Source of the DNA: Myxococcota bacterium
GTDB taxonomy: Bacteria; Myxococcota_A; UBA9160; JAFDDA01
Direction: 5' to 3'
DNA length: 64,000 nucleotides
Assembly: GCA_965228475.1 (NCBI GenBank)
Contig: OZ245817.1
Coordinates: forward strand, 4,736,001-4,800,000
Below are positions 60,398 to 64,000 of this stretch, piece by piece. The number at the start of each line of letters is the position of its first letter. The first letter of the stretch is position 1. The position numbers and the translations under genes are program-made. Below the pieces are notes generated by a model. That model was not told where the DNA came from. It saw only the letters and a program-made list of their open reading frames with translations, and searched no databases.

Positions 60398-61597
60398 TTA
60401 CTCCACTCCTTGCTCGGCGAGCCAGCGCTCGGTGTCGATGGCGGCCATGCAGCCCGAGCCCGCCGCCGTCACGGCCTGGCGGTAGGTCGGGTCCATCGCG
60501 TCGCCGCAGGCGAAGACGCCCTCGATCGAGGTCCGCGTGCTGCCGGATTCGGTCTTGATGTAGCCGACCGGGTCGAGCTCGACCTGACCCTTCAGGAGCT
60601 GGGTGTTCGGCTCGTGCCCGATCGCGATGAAGAGCGCCTCGACCGGGATGTCGCGCTTCTCGTCGCTCTTCACGTCGCGCACGCGCACGCCGGTCACCTC
60701 TTCCGCACCGAGCACCTCGTCGACCTCGGCGTTCCAGACGAACTCGATCTTCTCGTTCGCGAGCCCGCGCTCCTGCATGATCTTCGAGGCGCGCAGCTCG
60801 TCGCGGCGGTGGATGACGGAGACCTTCGTCGCGAAGCGCGTCAGGAAGAGCGCCTCTTCCATGGCCGTGTCGCCGCCGCCGACCACGGCCATGGGCTTGC
60901 CGCGGTAGAGCGCGCCGTCGCAGGTGGCGCAGGCGGAGACGCCGCGGTTCTGCAGGCGCTCCTCGCTCTCGAGCCCGAGCCAGCGCGCCGAGGCGCCAAG
61001 GGCCAGGATCACGCTGTCAGCGGTGAGGCTCCGCTCGGTGGTCTCGATGCGGAAGGGCCGGCGCGAGAGGTCGATCGTCGTCGCGTCTTCCTTGTAGACC
61101 TTCGTGCCGAAGCGCACGGCCTGGGCTTCGAAGAGGTCCATCATCTCCGGGCCGGTGACGCCCTCCGGGAAGCCCGGGTAGTTCTCGACGTCGGTGGTGA
61201 GCATGAGCTGGCCGCCGGCCATGAGGCCGCCCACCACGACGGGCTCGAGTTCGGCGCGCGCTGCATAGATGGCGGCGGTGTAGCCCGCCGGGCCGCTCCC
61301 GATGATCACGACCTTCGCGTGCTCGCTCGCGCCTTCGCCCGAAGCCACGCCCAGGAGATCGTCGAGCTCGCCCGCCTGTTCGAGGGCCTGGAGGTCGTCG
61401 AAGCCGCCGACGTGGCGGTCGCCGATCCAGATCTGCGGGACGGTGCGGCGGCCGGAGCGCTCGATCATCTCGTCGCGCTTGCCGTCCTCCCGCTCGATGT
61501 CGATCTCGGTCCAGGTTTGGCCCTTGCTCTCGAGCAGGCGCTTGGCCATGTCGCAGTAGGGGCAGGTCTGCTTGCTGTAGATCGTGATCTCGGCCAT
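60398..61597 (-). CDS. trxB: Glutaredoxin-3/thioredoxin reductase fusion
   Basis: N-terminal CPYC, RTVPQIWI, GGFDDL; then IIGSGPAGYTAA, CATCDG, GGGDTA, YRQAVTAAG. Confidence 0.93.
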   Translation of the reverse strand: MAEITIYSKQTCPYCDMAKRLLESKGQTWTEIDIEREDGKRDEMIERSGRRTVPQIWIGDRHVGGFDDLQALEQAGELDDLLGVASGEGASEHAKVVIIGSGPAGYTAAIYAARAELEPVVVGGLMAGGQLMLTTDVENYPGFPEGVTGPEMMDLFEAQAVRFGTKVYKEDATTIDLSRRPFRIETTERSLTADSVILALGASARWLGLESEERLQNRGVSACATCDGALYRGKPMAVVGGGDTAMEEALFLTRFATKVSVIHRRDELRASKIMQERGLANEKIEFVWNAEVDEVLGAEEVTGVRVRDVKSDEKRDIPVEALFIAIGHEPNTQLLKGQVELDPVGYIKTESGSTRTSIEGVFACGDAMDPTYRQAVTAAGSGCMAAIDTERWLAEQGVE

Positions 61598-61651
61598 GGC
61601 GGGAGGATACCCCAGCGCCGGGGACGCCCCACTGCCCCTCGCCTACGTCGC

Positions 61652-63358
61652 CTACATCGGCTCCGTGATCGGCAGGTCTTCCCAGAGGAGCTGGAGGAAG
61701 GTCCCGATGAAGAACGAGAGGAAGGCGAACAGGATCACCGCCGAGGGGAAGACGTGGAAGGGCGCCATGCCGAGCACCGGCGGGAGGGCGCCGAAGACGG
61801 GAGCGGCCGTTCCCGCCAGGGCCTCCACGGAGAGCGCCTGGCCCTCGGCGGACCAGTTGCGAGAGGCCATGAAGGGCCCAAGCAGGGTCGTGATGACGAT
61901 GCCGATGCCGACGGCCTGGAGCAGGCCGAGCAGGAAGATCGCCCGGGCCCGGCCGAAGGCCTCGTCGGGGTCGCGGATCCGGCTGCGGACCTCGACGTAG
62001 AGGTAGAGCAGGGTCGTGAAGCCGAGGAGCGACATCACGACCACGAGCTGGGGCCAGGGGCTGCGCGCCAGGTCCCAGACCTCGTCGATCAGGAACACCG
62101 GCGAGTAGCCGACGATGATGCCCGCGGTGATGCGCGGGACGGAGGCGTGGAAGAAGGCGAGGTCGCGCTTCCAGACGAATCGGTAGACGAAGAACCAGAA
62201 GGCCGCGGCGAGGCCCGCGACGGCGAAGGCCGCGGCCACGCCGTCGAAGACCTGCGGCGCCCGTTCGTAGGCGAAGCCGGCGGCGACGAAGGGCGCCCCG
62301 AGGCCCGCCAACGCCGTGAGGTAGTAGCGCGTGCCGTGGATGGAGAGGTGGCGGTCCGAGCCCGAGCGCCCGCGGCGGAGGTCGGCCTCGTGATGGATCA
62401 CCGCGGCGCCGTTGGGCACGTCGTACTGGCGCAGGAACCAGGTCTGCAGCTTGCCGAGCACGCGCAGGCAATCCCGGTCCTGCGGGCGCCGCAGGAAGGG
62501 CGAGAGGTCGCTGCTGCGCTGGAGCTCCTGCCGGTCCGCGAGCAGCACAGCGCGGAGCACCTCGCTCTCGCGGTCCGCGAAGGGGCTCTTCTCGGTCTCG
62601 AAGGCGCGGTTGGTTTCGTCGAGGCAGACGTCCTCGAGCCAGCGGTGGAAGCACCGCTCCGTCACGCGCACGATGCTCCGGTTCACGGCGTCGGCGTCGC
62701 CCATCTGGAGCGTGTAGAAGAGGCCGATCTCCGAGAGGTCGTCCCCCGCATCGAAGGGGTCGATGCTGCCGTCCACGTAGCCCGCGAGGAAGTCCTTCGT
62801 GACGCGCCGCTCCGCCAGGGCACGGAAGGCGCGCAGGGCGACGCGCCGCAGGTGGAACCCGGCGATGCGCAGGCGCTCCTTGTCGAGCCCCTTGTCCACG
62901 AGGAACCGGCTCATCACCAAGGCGAACAGGCCGGCGTCTTCGTAGACGTGGGTGAGGATGCGCTCGTCCGTCCCTTCGGAGGCTTCGAGGCGGTCCATCA
63001 CGCGCTCGAGGTAGCCCGGAAGCGTCGCGCCGAGCCGGACGACGGCGTCCTCGGCCTCACGCCGGTTGGCCTTCGCCGAGATCAGCTGCGGCTTGGTCCA
63101 GACGTCCTCCATCTGGAGATAGAGCTCGGCCGGGTCGTGGCGCTCGGCGCGGAAGGAGAACGTCTCGGCGAAGATCCGCTCGAAGCCGCTCCCGGTGTCA
63201 CGCTCGAAGCGGACTTCCCGCGTGTGGAAGGCATAGGTGAAGCGCAGCGTCGTGCGCAGCCGCTCGATCCGGTACTCGAGCCGCTCGATGCCGGGCCGCC
63301 CCGCTGCGTTGCCGGTGACCGCGGAAGTGGCCTTCGTCTCGGGCCCGCTAGAGGACAC
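61652..63358 (-). CDS. Hypothetical protein: large soluble N-terminal domain plus ~6 TM helices
   Basis: Long ORF with host codon usage, hydrophobic C-terminal third; GTG start inferred. Confidence 0.75.
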   Translation of the reverse strand: MSSSGPETKATSAVTGNAAGRPGIERLEYRIERLRTTLRFTYAFHTREVRFERDTGSGFERIFAETFSFRAERHDPAELYLQMEDVWTKPQLISAKANRREAEDAVVRLGATLPGYLERVMDRLEASEGTDERILTHVYEDAGLFALVMSRFLVDKGLDKERLRIAGFHLRRVALRAFRALAERRVTKDFLAGYVDGSIDPFDAGDDLSEIGLFYTLQMGDADAVNRSIVRVTERCFHRWLEDVCLDETNRAFETEKSPFADRESEVLRAVLLADRQELQRSSDLSPFLRRPQDRDCLRVLGKLQTWFLRQYDVPNGAAVIHHEADLRRGRSGSDRHLSIHGTRYYLTALAGLGAPFVAAGFAYERAPQVFDGVAAAFAVAGLAAAFWFFVYRFVWKRDLAFFHASVPRITAGIIVGYSPVFLIDEVWDLARSPWPQLVVVMSLLGFTTLLYLYVEVRSRIRDPDEAFGRARAIFLLGLLQAVGIGIVITTLLGPFMASRNWSAEGQALSVEALAGTAAPVFGALPPVLGMAPFHVFPSAVILFAFLSFFIGTFLQLLWEDLPITEPM

Positions 63359-64000
63359 GCTGCTTCGGGTTCTCACCCGATTCGTAGTAGGCCTCGACGC
63401 GGCGCGCGAGCTCGGCCACCGGCTCCGGCACCGCCTCCGGCAGCGGCCAGCGCGCCGAAGCCACCCGCATGCGGTCGAGCAGGAGCTGGGCGTCGGGGTA
63501 GTCCTCGCGGGCGAGCGCGTCGTCGACGTCGAGCCAGTTCTGGATCGCGGTGATGGTCCGCGCCGCGCGCTCCTCGAGCTCCGCCATCCCCGCCGAGCGC
63601 ACGCTGGCGTTGCGCGCCTGCTCCGAGAGCTTGCGCAGGTCCCGGGCCGCGGCTTCGAGGTGGCCGCGCACGCCCTCCTTGCGGGCGGCGAGCTCCTGGA
63701 CGGCGTCTTCGAACTGGCGGCGGAGCGGCTCGTGGGAGATCTCGCGCAGGAGGAGAACGGTGCCGATGCGGTTCCCGCCGGCGTCGGTGAGACGGCGCTG
63801 GCCGACGCGGAGCCGCAGCGTGCTGGTATCGCGCTGGAGGACGACCTCTTCGTACTCGCCGTCCTCGCCGGAGAGGGTCTCGGCCACCTGGAAGATCACG
63901 TCGCCGGACTTCCCGGAGAGCACGTCCTTCAGGGCTCGCCCGCGCGGCTCGTTCTCGAGGCCGAGCCAATCCACGACGGCGCGGTTCGCCGCCTGGACCA
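63348..64000 (-). CDS. PAS-domain protein, partial (start lies beyond the window)
   Basis: Frame open to the window edge: VQAANRAVVDWLG...IGTVLLLREISHEP, then helical region. Confidence 0.7.
   Translation of the reverse strand, partial: VQAANRAVVDWLGLENEPRGRALKDVLSGKSGDVIFQVAETLSGEDGEYEEVVLQRDTSTLRLRVGQRRLTDAGGNRIGTVLLLREISHEPLRRQFEDAVQELAARKEGVRGHLEAAARDLRKLSEQARNASVRSAGMAELEERAARTITAIQNWLDVDDALAREDYPDAQLLLDRMRVASARWPLPEAVPEPVAELARRVEAYYESGENPKQRVL

Overview
Very GC-rich bacterial DNA. Gene content and order suggest Myxococcota or a related deltaproteobacterial lineage (inference). Most of the window is housekeeping: rpsU-dnaG-rpoD, his genes, murA, prmC, prfA, rho, selA, rne/rng, rplU-rpmA-obgE-proB, proA-nadD-rsfS-gpmI, plus one tRNA(CAU). 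Main points of interest: (1) A ~7.3 kb island (41.6-48.9 kb) between proB and proA, flanked by degenerate direct repeats resembling a tmRNA 3' end. It carries an AbiE-like toxin-antitoxin pair and a bacterial ubiquitination-like operon (Ubl, cysteine-free E2, JAB-E1 fusion, DUF6527). A sigma-like/HTH/ImmA-IrrE cassette precedes that operon, and the same bipartite motif GTGTCC-N16-CCGGCATAGAGGG lies upstream of both the sigma-like gene and the Ubl gene. (2) A membrane-anchored peroxiredoxin-like selenoprotein (UxxC with a SECIS-like hairpin) that the ORF track splits in two. (3) A bufferin-type MNIO RiPP operon with a SigF-like promoter. (4) A DriD-like DNA-binding domain without its WYL sensor, next to a DriD-like box. 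(5) A glutaredoxin-thioredoxin reductase fusion flanked by PAS/HisKA proteins lacking a kinase catalytic domain. All calls come from motif recognition by eye; no searches were run.
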